Origin: an uncultured cyanobacterium
GTDB lineage: Bacteria; Cyanobacteriota; Cyanobacteriia; Pseudanabaenales; Pseudanabaenaceae
Direction: 5' to 3'
DNA length: 64,000 bases
Assembly (NCBI GenBank): GCA_963703315.1
Contig: OY969811.1
Span: 1,792,001 to 1,856,000, forward strand
The notes beneath the pieces are model-generated. The model saw only the letters and a program-made list of their open reading frames with translations, did no database searches and was not told the DNA's origin. Positions 50,617-59,559 of the stretch are shown here, piece after piece (the first letter of the stretch is position 1; every line of letters begins with the position of its first letter). The position numbers and the translations under genes were made by a program.

Positions 50617-51024
50617 ATGATTTGGATTGCGATCGCCACACAATTAATACTCAGCGCAGGATTGTTATGGGCAACATGGCAAGTCTGGATGCTCCGCAAT
50701 GCTCTTCAAGCAACAGTCGAAACTGTGGATGGCTGGACTGAGGCTTGTGAAAATGGTTTACAGGCATCTAATCCTGGTCTAGAAGTGGCGCGTGAGGGTG
50801 TAGGTGCTACTCGCCAGCAATACCAATTATTGCAGGCTCAGTTAGAGAAAGTCCGCAAACTACTGTCGGTGGTTGGGCGTGGTGTATCCTTTTTAGGGAG
50901 TCGTTGGCAAAAATCTCGGAAAGGTTCATCTAAGAGTTCATCACAAAATTCATCTAAGAGTTCGCCAAACTCTTTAAGTAAAAAGTCGTCAGGGAGTAAA
51001 CATAATGTCAAACGGCGCAGGTAA
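50617..51024 (+). CDS. Membrane-anchored coiled-coil hypothetical protein
   Basis: N-terminal TM helix; overlaps the YtxH gene. Confidence 0.6.
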   Translation: MIWIAIATQLILSAGLLWATWQVWMLRNALQATVETVDGWTEACENGLQASNPGLEVAREGVGATRQQYQLLQAQLEKVRKLLSVVGRGVSFLGSRWQKSRKGSSKSSSQNSSKSSPNSLSKKSSGSKHNVKRRR

Positions 51025-51367
51025 ATTTTTGGGTGGATTGTTTATCGGTACAGCGATCGGTGCGGCTGTCGGGATACTCTTTGCACCGCGATCAGGGAAA
51101 GAAACTCGTCAAGTGTTGAAAAGATCAGCTAAAGATTTGCCTAAATTTGCTGAGGAATTGGGTACTAATGTGCAGTATCAAGCCGATCGCTTCACAGAAC
51201 AGGCTCAACGCACTATTGATGAAGCTTTAGTAAAATTGCAGGAGGCAGTCATTACAGGACAGGAAGCTAGCCGCAAGCTACAGGAAGAACTAGCACTAAA
51301 CATCAATAACTCTACTAATAGTTCATTAGTAGAAGTAGTTGATAGCGCAATTGAAGATGAAGAATAA
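51005..51367 (+). CDS. YtxH domain protein
   Basis: FLGGLFIGTAIGAAVGILFAPRSGKETR. Confidence 0.9.
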   Translation: MSNGAGKFLGGLFIGTAIGAAVGILFAPRSGKETRQVLKRSAKDLPKFAEELGTNVQYQADRFTEQAQRTIDEALVKLQEAVITGQEASRKLQEELALNINNSTNSSLVEVVDSAIEDEE

Positions 51368-51495
51368 TACCAAAACTAAAAATGGCTACGTCATATTTAG
51401 TTTTGAAAAACCTTACGGGGTTTGGTTTTTAATTCACAAAAGTGCGATCGCACTTTCGTGAATCGGTGTAATCGGTAATGTAGTTATCAGAAATT

Positions 51496-52038
51496 ATGTC
51501 AGAAGCGATCTTTTTGTTGGGTTTGTCATTTTTGTTAGTGGTCGTTTGCTTGACGATTCTTTTATTGACTGCAATTCCCGCTTTTCAGGAATTAGCAAAG
51601 GCAGCAAATAGTATCATTCGTTTAGCCGATACCTTGACGCGAGAGCTACCTGCAACCTTAGAAGCAATTAGGATGACGGGGTTAGAACTCAGTGAGTTAA
51701 GCGATGAACTTAATCAAGGTGCAAAAAGTGCTGGTGAGGCGGTCAAACAAGTTAATGATGGTATTAAAGGCGTGCGACAAAGTGCTTCTAGTGCCTCGAT
51801 CGCTACAAAAAGCGCCTTTGCTGGTATCAAAGCAGGCTTAAAATCTCTCGGTCGTCCGCGTCGCTCAAAGCGATCGCCTTCAGATTTGTACGCAGACAAT
51901 TCCCGTTCTAATAATTTATCTGCTGGTAAAGACTCAGACAACGAAATTCAGCTTGATAGCCCTAATCAAGATCAATTAATCACTCCCGATGATATGCGCT
52001 CTGAAGGATTTATGGGAGATTTAACACCTGATGATTAG
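51496..52038 (+). CDS. DUF948-like protein
   Basis: TM helix plus DTLTRELPATLEAIRMTGLELSEL. Confidence 0.75.
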   Translation: MSEAIFLLGLSFLLVVVCLTILLLTAIPAFQELAKAANSIIRLADTLTRELPATLEAIRMTGLELSELSDELNQGAKSAGEAVKQVNDGIKGVRQSASSASIATKSAFAGIKAGLKSLGRPRRSKRSPSDLYADNSRSNNLSAGKDSDNEIQLDSPNQDQLITPDDMRSEGFMGDLTPDD

Positions 52039-52063
52039 CCTGATGATTAGAAAGATAGGCAAT

Positions 52064-52492
52064 TTACTCTTCTTGATGATTGCAGCGATCGCACAAACCA
52101 CTAACTGTTACTTCGTAGTTATCAACTTTTAAACCTGAACGAATTTGCTGGAAACCTAGCCCCTCAAATGCGTTCCAAGCAATATCCTCAATCTCCCCAC
52201 AACATTTGCATCGGAAATGATGATGAGGCTCAACCTTGGCATCATAGCGACATACCCCTTGTTCTAGTAAAACTTCACGCACTAGCCCTGCATCACGCAA
52301 AGTTTGAAGTGAGAGATACACGGTCGCCTGTGATGAAGTGGGTGCATTTTCGTTGAGATCGCTCAAGATTTGCTCAGCAGTGGGGTGATCTTGGCGATCG
52401 AGCAAATTGGCATAGACAGCAAAGCGCTGTGGCGTGACCCGCAACCCCTTAGATTTCAAGATTTGAACAACCCGATCTGCTTGCTTTTGCAT
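52064..52492 (-). CDS. perR: Fur-family regulator, PerR-like
   Basis: RVTPQR, HPTAE, ATVY, HHHFRCKCCG, CDRC; divergent from a peroxiredoxin gene. Confidence 0.8.
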   Translation of the reverse strand: MQKQADRVVQILKSKGLRVTPQRFAVYANLLDRQDHPTAEQILSDLNENAPTSSQATVYLSLQTLRDAGLVREVLLEQGVCRYDAKVEPHHHFRCKCCGEIEDIAWNAFEGLGFQQIRSGLKVDNYEVTVSGLCDRCNHQEE

Positions 52493-52547
52493 ATAAACCT
52501 CCTCCTAATTCTCGCTCTAGTTTTCTAATCAAGTCTTTGCTGACTTG

Positions 52548-52662
52548 TATAGCAAAGAAAGTTTTGCTTAGGACATAAAACCAGAAGATGAGTTGCGGCG
52601 CTTCGCGCCGCAACTCACTTCTTGGGTTTTGGTTTGTACTAGCTAACTCTTACTTTGATATA
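52548..52662. repeat. Class A palindromic element
   Basis: Flanks match 9693-9808; core gagttgcggcgc-ttc-gcgccgcaactc. A second degenerate copy lies at ~52721-52825. Confidence 0.8.
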
Positions 52663-52939
52663 CCATTTTAAAAATTTAGAAAACTAGAGCGATTTAAAAA
52701 AATTTTCCAAGTACATCTGTCCCTATCGGCATTAAGACAAATCACAACCCAATAAGCGAGGAGTGGCGCAAAGCACCGCAGCTCGTCTTCTGGTTTTGTG
52801 TCCTAAAAAAACTAGCGACAGCTATAAATAGCTTGCTTGACTATTTGTATAGCCAATATATCATCTCTATCTAGGAACTACAAATTTATTAAGGTTTTTC
52901 AAATAATTAAGTTAATCTGGTTATTGACTAATTTCTAAA

Positions 52940-52954
52940 TAAGAACTATTCTTA
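52940..52954. promoter_or_regulatory. Putative PerR/Fur box
   Basis: TAAGAAC-T-ATTCTTA, a near-perfect 7-1-7 palindrome 36 bp upstream of the peroxiredoxin ATG. Confidence 0.5.
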
Positions 52955-52990
52955 ATTTTGTTCAGATAAGCATTAATTCCAGAAAAAAAT

Positions 52991-53563
52991 ATGGCAGTTA
53001 TCGAAACCGTACCAAACGTTGTATTTAAGACCCGTGTACGTGATGAGTCCGTAGGTGGTCCTAACCCCTATCGTTGGGAAGATAAAACCACTCAAGATCT
53101 TTTTGCTGGTAAGAAAGTAGTAGTTTTCTCTCTACCTGGTGCATTCACTCCTACCTGCTCATCCAACCACTTACCTCGCTATGAAGAACTTTATGAGGAG
53201 TTCAAGGCATTAGGTGTTGATGCAGTTATTTGTGTATCTGTTAACGATGCTTTCGTAATGTTTAAGTGGGGCAAAGAAGTCGGTGCTAAGAATGTATTCT
53301 TGCTCCCCGATGGTGCTGGCGAATTTACCCGCAAGATGGGTATGCTCGTTGATAAGTCCAATATTGGCTTTGGTCTACGTTCTTGGCGCTATTCTATGTT
53401 TGTAAATGATAGCAAGATTGAAAAAATCTTCGTAGAACCTGGTTTTGCTGATAACTGTGCAACCGATCCTTTTGAAGTTTCCGACGCTGATACTATGTTG
53501 GCTTACTTGAAGGGTGCTGCACCTGCTGGTGTATCTGCTCCTCGCTTAGCATTTGAAGGCTAA
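52991..53563 (+). CDS. Type II peroxiredoxin (Prx5-like)
   Basis: [26 protein letters not shown]. Confidence 0.95.
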   Translation: MAVIETVPNVVFKTRVRDESVGGPNPYRWEDKTTQDLFAGKKVVVFSLPGAFTPTCSSNHLPRYEELYEEFKALGVDAVICVSVNDAFVMFKWGKEVGAKNVFLLPDGAGEFTRKMGMLVDKSNIGFGLRSWRYSMFVNDSKIEKIFVEPGFADNCATDPFEVSDADTMLAYLKGAAPAGVSAPRLAFEG

Positions 53564-53627
53564 TCTCTAAAATAGAAAAGTGCGCTGAGCGCACTTTTCT
53601 ATTTTTAATAACAAAATTTAAAATGGG

Positions 53628-54638
53628 GTGGCTATGAAACTCTCTAGCAAAAATCTAAATGAACGCCTTGAGACTGTCTACGATGCGATCGTAGTCGGCG
53701 GTGGTATGGGTGGACTATCGGCAGCAATCTATCTTGCTCGCTATGGTCTGAAGTGCTTGATTGTCGAAAAAGGCAAAGGGCGATCGCTCTGGATGCAAGA
53801 TTTGCGTAACTATGTCGGACTTGACCCCACCACCCCAGGGCGCGACATTTTGAATCATGGTACAAAGACGGCTATAGATTGGGGAGCCGATCATTTACGT
53901 GGCTATGTGGAAGAAGTCGTCGATGAAGGCGAAACTTTTGCGGTGAAGGTGAAAGTTGGTAAGCAGAATAGTATTTATCCAGTATTTCGCAGCAAGTATG
54001 TAATCGCAGCTTCAGGAATCATCGACAATTTGCCTCAATTGGAAGATATGCAGAATGTCTATGATTATGCAGGCTATACGCTTCATGTCTGCATGATCTG
54101 CGATGGTTTTGATATGTGGGATCAGAAGGCAGTTTTGATTGTCAATTCAGAGTCTCAAATTGGTGCTGCCTTTGTCTTGAACTGGTTCACTCCTTATATT
54201 TCTGTTTTGACTCACGGCTTGTGTGAAGTCAGTGATGCGATGAAACAAAAGTTAGCGGAACATGGTTATCCGTTGTATGAAACGGCGATCGCTAAATTTC
54301 ATGGTGAGAATCATCATCTTAGTGGCGTGGAACTTACCGATGGCACAATTGTGGAAGCGACCACTGGTTTGGTGGGCATGGGTTCGGTTTACTTTAACCA
54401 ATACCTCAAAGGGATCGAAGGTTTGGAATGGGATGGTCAGAACTTAGTCACCAATGATATGTGTAAGACTAGCCACGATCGCATTTTTGCCCTTGGTGAT
54501 TTGAAGAAAGGCTTAAACCAAGTTTCGATCGCTGTAGCCGATGGAACCTTAGCTGCAACTCAAATCTGGCGAAATATCCGCCGTGCTAGTCCTCCTCGCA
54601 AATGGGAAGAAAACATCAAAGTTCCTACTACAGTTTAA
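53628..54638 (+). CDS. Thioredoxin reductase-like FAD/NAD(P) oxidoreductase
   Basis: VGGGMGG, HVCMICDG (CxxC), IFALGD. Confidence 0.85.
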   Translation: MAMKLSSKNLNERLETVYDAIVVGGGMGGLSAAIYLARYGLKCLIVEKGKGRSLWMQDLRNYVGLDPTTPGRDILNHGTKTAIDWGADHLRGYVEEVVDEGETFAVKVKVGKQNSIYPVFRSKYVIAASGIIDNLPQLEDMQNVYDYAGYTLHVCMICDGFDMWDQKAVLIVNSESQIGAAFVLNWFTPYISVLTHGLCEVSDAMKQKLAEHGYPLYETAIAKFHGENHHLSGVELTDGTIVEATTGLVGMGSVYFNQYLKGIEGLEWDGQNLVTNDMCKTSHDRIFALGDLKKGLNQVSIAVADGTLAATQIWRNIRRASPPRKWEENIKVPTTV

Positions 54639-54756
54639 AAAAGAAGCCTCGCGATGCGAGGCTTCTTTTTTAGGCAGTTTTTATTTTGCCATAGGCAAAA
54701 TAAAAACTGCGTTAAAATTGGGTAAGCTGAAAGGAGTAATTGGGGCTAGATGAGCT

Positions 54757-55380
54757 ATGACCCTTGCGATCACACAAGTACAGCATCAACCTGTAAGCCT
54801 AGATGAGTTTATTGCCCGTTATGGTGGTGATAATCGCTATGAATTGATCGATGGAGAGGTGTTCAATTTGGAACCAACGGGGCAACATGAGGAAGTTGCA
54901 GCTTTGATCACGGCAAAAATCTGTGTGCAGATTGATCAATTATGTTTGCCTTGGTTTGTGTTGCAAAGGGGCTTGTTTCGTCCATCTAATGCAAGTATGA
55001 CGGCTTTTCGTCCTGATGTGATGGTTGTAGATCGGACTGAAGTTGCGAAAGAACCGCTCTGGCGAGAACAATCGATCATTACAATGGGTAGTTCAATCAA
55101 GTTTGTCGCGGAAGTTGTGAGTGGTAATTGGCAAAATGATTATGCGCGTAAGGTTGAGGATTACGCAGCTTTAGGTATTCCTGAATATTGGATTGCCGAT
55201 TATTTAGGTTTAGGCGGGATTCGACACATTGGCAAGCCTAAGCAACCTACGCTTTCGATCTGCACTTTGCTAGACGGAGAGTATGAAATTAATTTGTTTC
55301 GTGGTAATGATGCGATCGCTTCGCCCACATTTCCAAATTTGAACTTAACTGCTGGACAAATTTTGAATGCTAGGATGTGA
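54757..55380 (+). CDS. Uma2 family endonuclease
   Basis: RYELIDGE, RPDV, EVVS.NWQNDYARK..Y..LGIPEYWI. Confidence 0.9.
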   Translation: MTLAITQVQHQPVSLDEFIARYGGDNRYELIDGEVFNLEPTGQHEEVAALITAKICVQIDQLCLPWFVLQRGLFRPSNASMTAFRPDVMVVDRTEVAKEPLWREQSIITMGSSIKFVAEVVSGNWQNDYARKVEDYAALGIPEYWIADYLGLGGIRHIGKPKQPTLSICTLLDGEYEINLFRGNDAIASPTFPNLNLTAGQILNARM

Positions 55381-55474
55381 AACTATGCTTTATAGGATAC
55401 AGGCAAGGATTAAATTGTTTTCGCAATCAACTTATTATTAAGCCTATTAACTAAGGCGATTTACCAAACCCAAA

Positions 55475-56482
55475 ATGCTTAAACGATCTGAAATTTACAG
55501 ACTTGTTAATGATTACATAGGTGTATCCGAAGGATATTTAAATGGATTTTCTTACAAAACCCATACTGAGTTCTATCCTTATTATTGTGATTTAGACAAT
55601 ATTAACGTAACTGAGTATGAGCCAGCTAGTACACGAGAAAAATTTATTCGTATACTTGAAACTGCAAATCCATTAACCCAAGCTCAAATCTTGAAAGGAG
55701 TATTTAAGAAGTTTTCTGTATCGTCTTTTGAAGAACATGATAAGGAGAAAAAACAAGAGATTTATGATGAGTATCAAGAAATAATTTCAAGACTTGAGTC
55801 TTTAGGTTGCAGTATTAGTGGTGAAATTAAAAACTTGATTTTTGCTGCGAATGGTCCAAAACCTGAAATTGTTTTGTCTAATGCAACTACTAATGAGATA
55901 AAGATTGTCAAAAATGAGAATTATTGTTTGGTATATGATAGACCAATTAGTGAAAAAGGACTGCCATGGGAAGAATTAGTTAATTGGTGGTGTGACCGAG
56001 AAAATCTGAATGCTAAGACTCGTTCTAAACAGCGTCATAGTCTTTTTAATAGATTGCTAGCATCTATTGAGAATAACGAACCAGAGAAAATTTTGTTCTA
56101 TACATACTATAAATACTTCTTTGAGAACTTAGGGGATAAGCTACCAGCATTAATTCCACAAGTTTACTTACATTACGATCCTTATACTTGGAAACAACTA
56201 AACGAAATAAAAAGATTGGCAAGACAAAGAATGGATTTCTTATTGTTACTTCCTTATGGTAAAAATGTTGTGATTGAAATAGATGGTAAGCAGCACTATT
56301 CTATAAATGAACAAGTTAGTCCTTATCTTTATGCAGAGATGGTTACAGAGGATAGACGTTTAAAGCTTACTGGTTATGAGATATATAGATTTGGTGGTTA
56401 TGAATTTCTAGAGTTAGAGAAAGCACAGATAACAATAAAAGATTTTTTTAAGGATCTATTCAAGTTGCACTCTATAAGTTGA
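55475..56482 (+). CDS. AbiJ-associated protein with Vsr/DUF559-like nuclease C-terminus
   Basis: KNLIFAANGPKPEI, LIPQVYLHYDP, RMDFLL, IEIDGKQHY, EDRRLKLTGYEIYRFGG. Confidence 0.6.
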   Translation: MLKRSEIYRLVNDYIGVSEGYLNGFSYKTHTEFYPYYCDLDNINVTEYEPASTREKFIRILETANPLTQAQILKGVFKKFSVSSFEEHDKEKKQEIYDEYQEIISRLESLGCSISGEIKNLIFAANGPKPEIVLSNATTNEIKIVKNENYCLVYDRPISEKGLPWEELVNWWCDRENLNAKTRSKQRHSLFNRLLASIENNEPEKILFYTYYKYFFENLGDKLPALIPQVYLHYDPYTWKQLNEIKRLARQRMDFLLLLPYGKNVVIEIDGKQHYSINEQVSPYLYAEMVTEDRRLKLTGYEIYRFGGYEFLELEKAQITIKDFFKDLFKLHSIS

Positions 56483-56540
56483 TTCTATCAACCTAATGCT
56501 TCTTTGCAAAATTTGACTTTTAAAGAATAGAACTGCTTTT

Positions 56541-56957
56541 ATGTATAAAGACATTGATACTTTCACTGATTCTCAAGCAACACAACTTTATGAGCTTTAT
56601 CAGCATGAATGGTGGACAAAAGGAAGAACACTAGATGATGTTCATAAGATGTTAATTAACTCCGATTACATATTCGGAATTTGTGAATCTCATTCTCAGA
56701 AACTTGTAGCATTTGCGCGTGTTGTTAGCGATCGCACCTATAGAGCGATCATCTATGACGTAATTGTGGCAGCAGATTATCGTCATCAAGGCTTAGGTTC
56801 ATTACTTATTGAGCAAATTGTGTCACATCCTGAAATATCACAGCTTGAGTGTATTCAACTATTTTGCTTGCCAGAGATGATACCTTTTTATCAAAAATTT
56901 GGATTTACTAAACCTGAAACATCTTTGTTAGTGCGCCAAAGGGTAGAAAAAAGCTAG
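56541..56957 (+). CDS. GNAT acetyltransferase
   Basis: FARVVSD, DVIV..YRHQGLG, FYQKFGF. Confidence 0.9.
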   Translation: MYKDIDTFTDSQATQLYELYQHEWWTKGRTLDDVHKMLINSDYIFGICESHSQKLVAFARVVSDRTYRAIIYDVIVAADYRHQGLGSLLIEQIVSHPEISQLECIQLFCLPEMIPFYQKFGFTKPETSLLVRQRVEKS

Positions 56958-56983
56958 TGTATTTTGTGGATTAACCATTGCTT

Positions 56984-59494
56984 TTACTCTTCTAAAGATC
57001 CACGAGTTACACCGAGTTGATTTTGCAACTTTAACTCCTTCCAAAGCTTAGAACCAGAAATTTTGCCAGCTAAGAGTTGTTGATAACGGTTAATCGTTTC
57101 TAATACTTGCAAAGGTGACTCATTGACAAACTCTAAACGGAAATGTCGCACACCTAGTTCTAGAAAGCGTTGTACAAATTCTGCACCTGTTTGAGCAGTG
57201 CCATTAAATACCGTATTGCGACAACCTGCGTCAGCTAATAAGACGTGTTCGGCTCCTGTGCGATCGCGCAATTTCACCTCATGCTTGTCACAGGGACGAC
57301 CGCAATTAGTGTAATCAGTTCCCTCAGAGAGAAACGCGCAAAATACGCAATGCTCCATATGGAACATGGGCATATGTTGATGGATGGTAATTTCAAACCA
57401 TTGAGGAGGACATTTTTTGAGTAGGGATTCCAATTGATGGATGCTGAGATCGTAGGAAGCGGTGAGGCGTTCTAGGGGAAAAGATTGCTTGAAATAATTG
57501 GCGGTTAAAGGATTCGCGATATTAAATGAGAAATCAGCAATAATTCTTTCTTCTGCAAAAAATTGTAAATGGTCGTAATTGCGAATCAGATAACCATCGG
57601 CGTTACTAGAGCGCACTTGCTTAAGAATATAGTTCTCATTGGGTTTGGTAATGCGTGGTGGCGCAACCCAAATTTCAGGAGCATGAGCAGCTTGTCTCGC
57701 CATTTCCACCGCAGATTTATAGGATGTGGGATCTTCAAATTCGCAATAGATAGTCGCAATATCGGTAGTTAGAACTGCTTTTAATTGTTCTAAATTTCGT
57801 ACTAAAACAATCGCTTGAGGCGCAATCTCAGGACTAGATTCAGGCTTAGGCAGTAAATCAGTATAAGAATGAGAATTTAATTGCCAACGCTTCGGACTGC
57901 TGCGAAGAGTATCTAACTGCTCAACCAGTTCTCGGCGAATGCGATTTAATTCACTCACAGGAAGCATTGCTGCGCCTTGCAAATGATTGTGCAGAGTTCC
58001 CAAACAGAAAGGCGTATTTCCCAATCTTCCCAACTGTTCTGTTAAACGTTCCGTTGTTAAAGGTTTATTATTCGCTTCCTCTAACGGCATTGCGGAATCC
58101 ACTTGAGCGATATTTCCTTGACGATCGCGGGCGATCGCTGTCAAAGCCTGTCCAACTTCGCCATGAATTTCGAGGTCAATGGGACGCTGAAAGAGTATCT
58201 TTTCGCTGGTGTAGGTTTGGCGCAATTGCTTATCGAGTTCAGGATCATTGGTTTTCCAGAGGCGATCGCCTACGCGCACCCGCCGCAAATCCACATCGCG
58301 CCGCCCAAAGGTGACAAGCGTATCTTCGCCCTGCAATTCCACTGCATAGATACGTCCGCCTTCTTCGCGATCGGCAGGTTTACCCGCATCGAAAACCACA
58401 CCATCCCCCGCTTTGAGAGGAGATTGCAAGCATAGCACCACCTGTTTATCGCGCCCATCACGAATCTCGGTAATTTCGCCCAAATACACACCGCGTTTTT
58501 TGCCAAATCGGGCATGGACAAGGGCTTGATTATCGATGCCATCCAGCCAACCTGTGTATAAGCCTCGCGAAAATGCCATTTCTAACTGGTAGCGATCGCC
58601 TGCACTCACTTGATTTTCTATGCCTTGCACTACCTGATCAATGGCTTGACGATACACCTGCGTCACGCTTGCCACATATTCAGGATGCTTCAAACGTCCC
58701 TCAATTTTCAGGGATACCACTCCCGCCTCAATCAATTCTGGCAAAACCGCTAACCCCGCTAAATCTTGCGGACTAAGCAGATAACGGCGATCGCCTAAAT
58801 CCATTGGCTGACCATCGACAATCATTTCGTAGGGCATCCGACAGGCTTGGGCGCATTCACCACGATTTGCCGATCGCCCGCCCAAAGATTCACTGGTCAA
58901 ACATTGCCCCGAATAGGCGACGCACAAAGCCCCATGCACAAATACTTCTAGGGGTAGCGAAATTTGGCGATCGCCGATATGCTTTTGGATTTTGCGAATT
59001 TCGGTGATCGAGCATTCTCGCGCTAAAACCACCAAATCACAGCCCAGAGACTTGGCAAACTCCACACCTGCGCCACTAGTTACCGTCATCTGGGTTGAGC
59101 CATGAATGGGAAAATCGGGCGACAAATGGCGAATTAAGCGACATAAGCCCACATCCTGCACGATCGCTGCATCCACTCCCGCCGCAATAATCGATCGCAA
59201 ATAGGATTCCACCGAGCCTAATTCCGAAGTAAAAATCAAGGTATTGAGGGTCACATAACCCTTCACGCCGCGATGGTGCAGAAATGCCATCAACTCTGGC
59301 AAATCCGCTTCCGTAAAGTTATGCGCCCGCATCCTCGCATTAAATTTTTCTAAGCCAAAATAAATGGCATCCGCCCCATTTTCCACTGCTGCTTTTGCAC
59401 ATTCCCAAGTCCCCGCAGGTGCAAGTAGCTCAGGAGCTTTGATGGTAGGACGTGCAAGATCAGTCTCTAAAGACATTGGCTGATTAACGGGCAT
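56984..59494 (-). CDS. U32 peptidase family protein (RlhA-like, long form)
   Basis: PELLAPAG, HGSTQM, HGALCVAYSGQC, NRGECAQACR, LKIEGRLK. Confidence 0.88.
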   Translation of the reverse strand: MPVNQPMSLETDLARPTIKAPELLAPAGTWECAKAAVENGADAIYFGLEKFNARMRAHNFTEADLPELMAFLHHRGVKGYVTLNTLIFTSELGSVESYLRSIIAAGVDAAIVQDVGLCRLIRHLSPDFPIHGSTQMTVTSGAGVEFAKSLGCDLVVLARECSITEIRKIQKHIGDRQISLPLEVFVHGALCVAYSGQCLTSESLGGRSANRGECAQACRMPYEMIVDGQPMDLGDRRYLLSPQDLAGLAVLPELIEAGVVSLKIEGRLKHPEYVASVTQVYRQAIDQVVQGIENQVSAGDRYQLEMAFSRGLYTGWLDGIDNQALVHARFGKKRGVYLGEITEIRDGRDKQVVLCLQSPLKAGDGVVFDAGKPADREEGGRIYAVELQGEDTLVTFGRRDVDLRRVRVGDRLWKTNDPELDKQLRQTYTSEKILFQRPIDLEIHGEVGQALTAIARDRQGNIAQVDSAMPLEEANNKPLTTERLTEQLGRLGNTPFCLGTLHNHLQGAAMLPVSELNRIRRELVEQLDTLRSSPKRWQLNSHSYTDLLPKPESSPEIAPQAIVLVRNLEQLKAVLTTDIATIYCEFEDPTSYKSAVEMARQAAHAPEIWVAPPRITKPNENYILKQVRSSNADGYLIRNYDHLQFFAEERIIADFSFNIANPLTANYFKQSFPLERLTASYDLSIHQLESLLKKCPPQWFEITIHQHMPMFHMEHCVFCAFLSEGTDYTNCGRPCDKHEVKLRDRTGAEHVLLADAGCRNTVFNGTAQTGAEFVQRFLELGVRHFRLEFVNESPLQVLETINRYQQLLAGKISGSKLWKELKLQNQLGVTRGSLEE

Positions 59495-59559
59495 AGGAAA
59501 AATGTGGAGTGCTACTCTATTCTAGGCTAATACACAATTCTACAAACTTGTAGATTCCG

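Noticed and set aside
57569..59007. Several opposite-strand and alternate-frame ORFs within the U32 gene
   Set aside because: Shadow ORFs arising from locally higher GC; no recognisable motifs.
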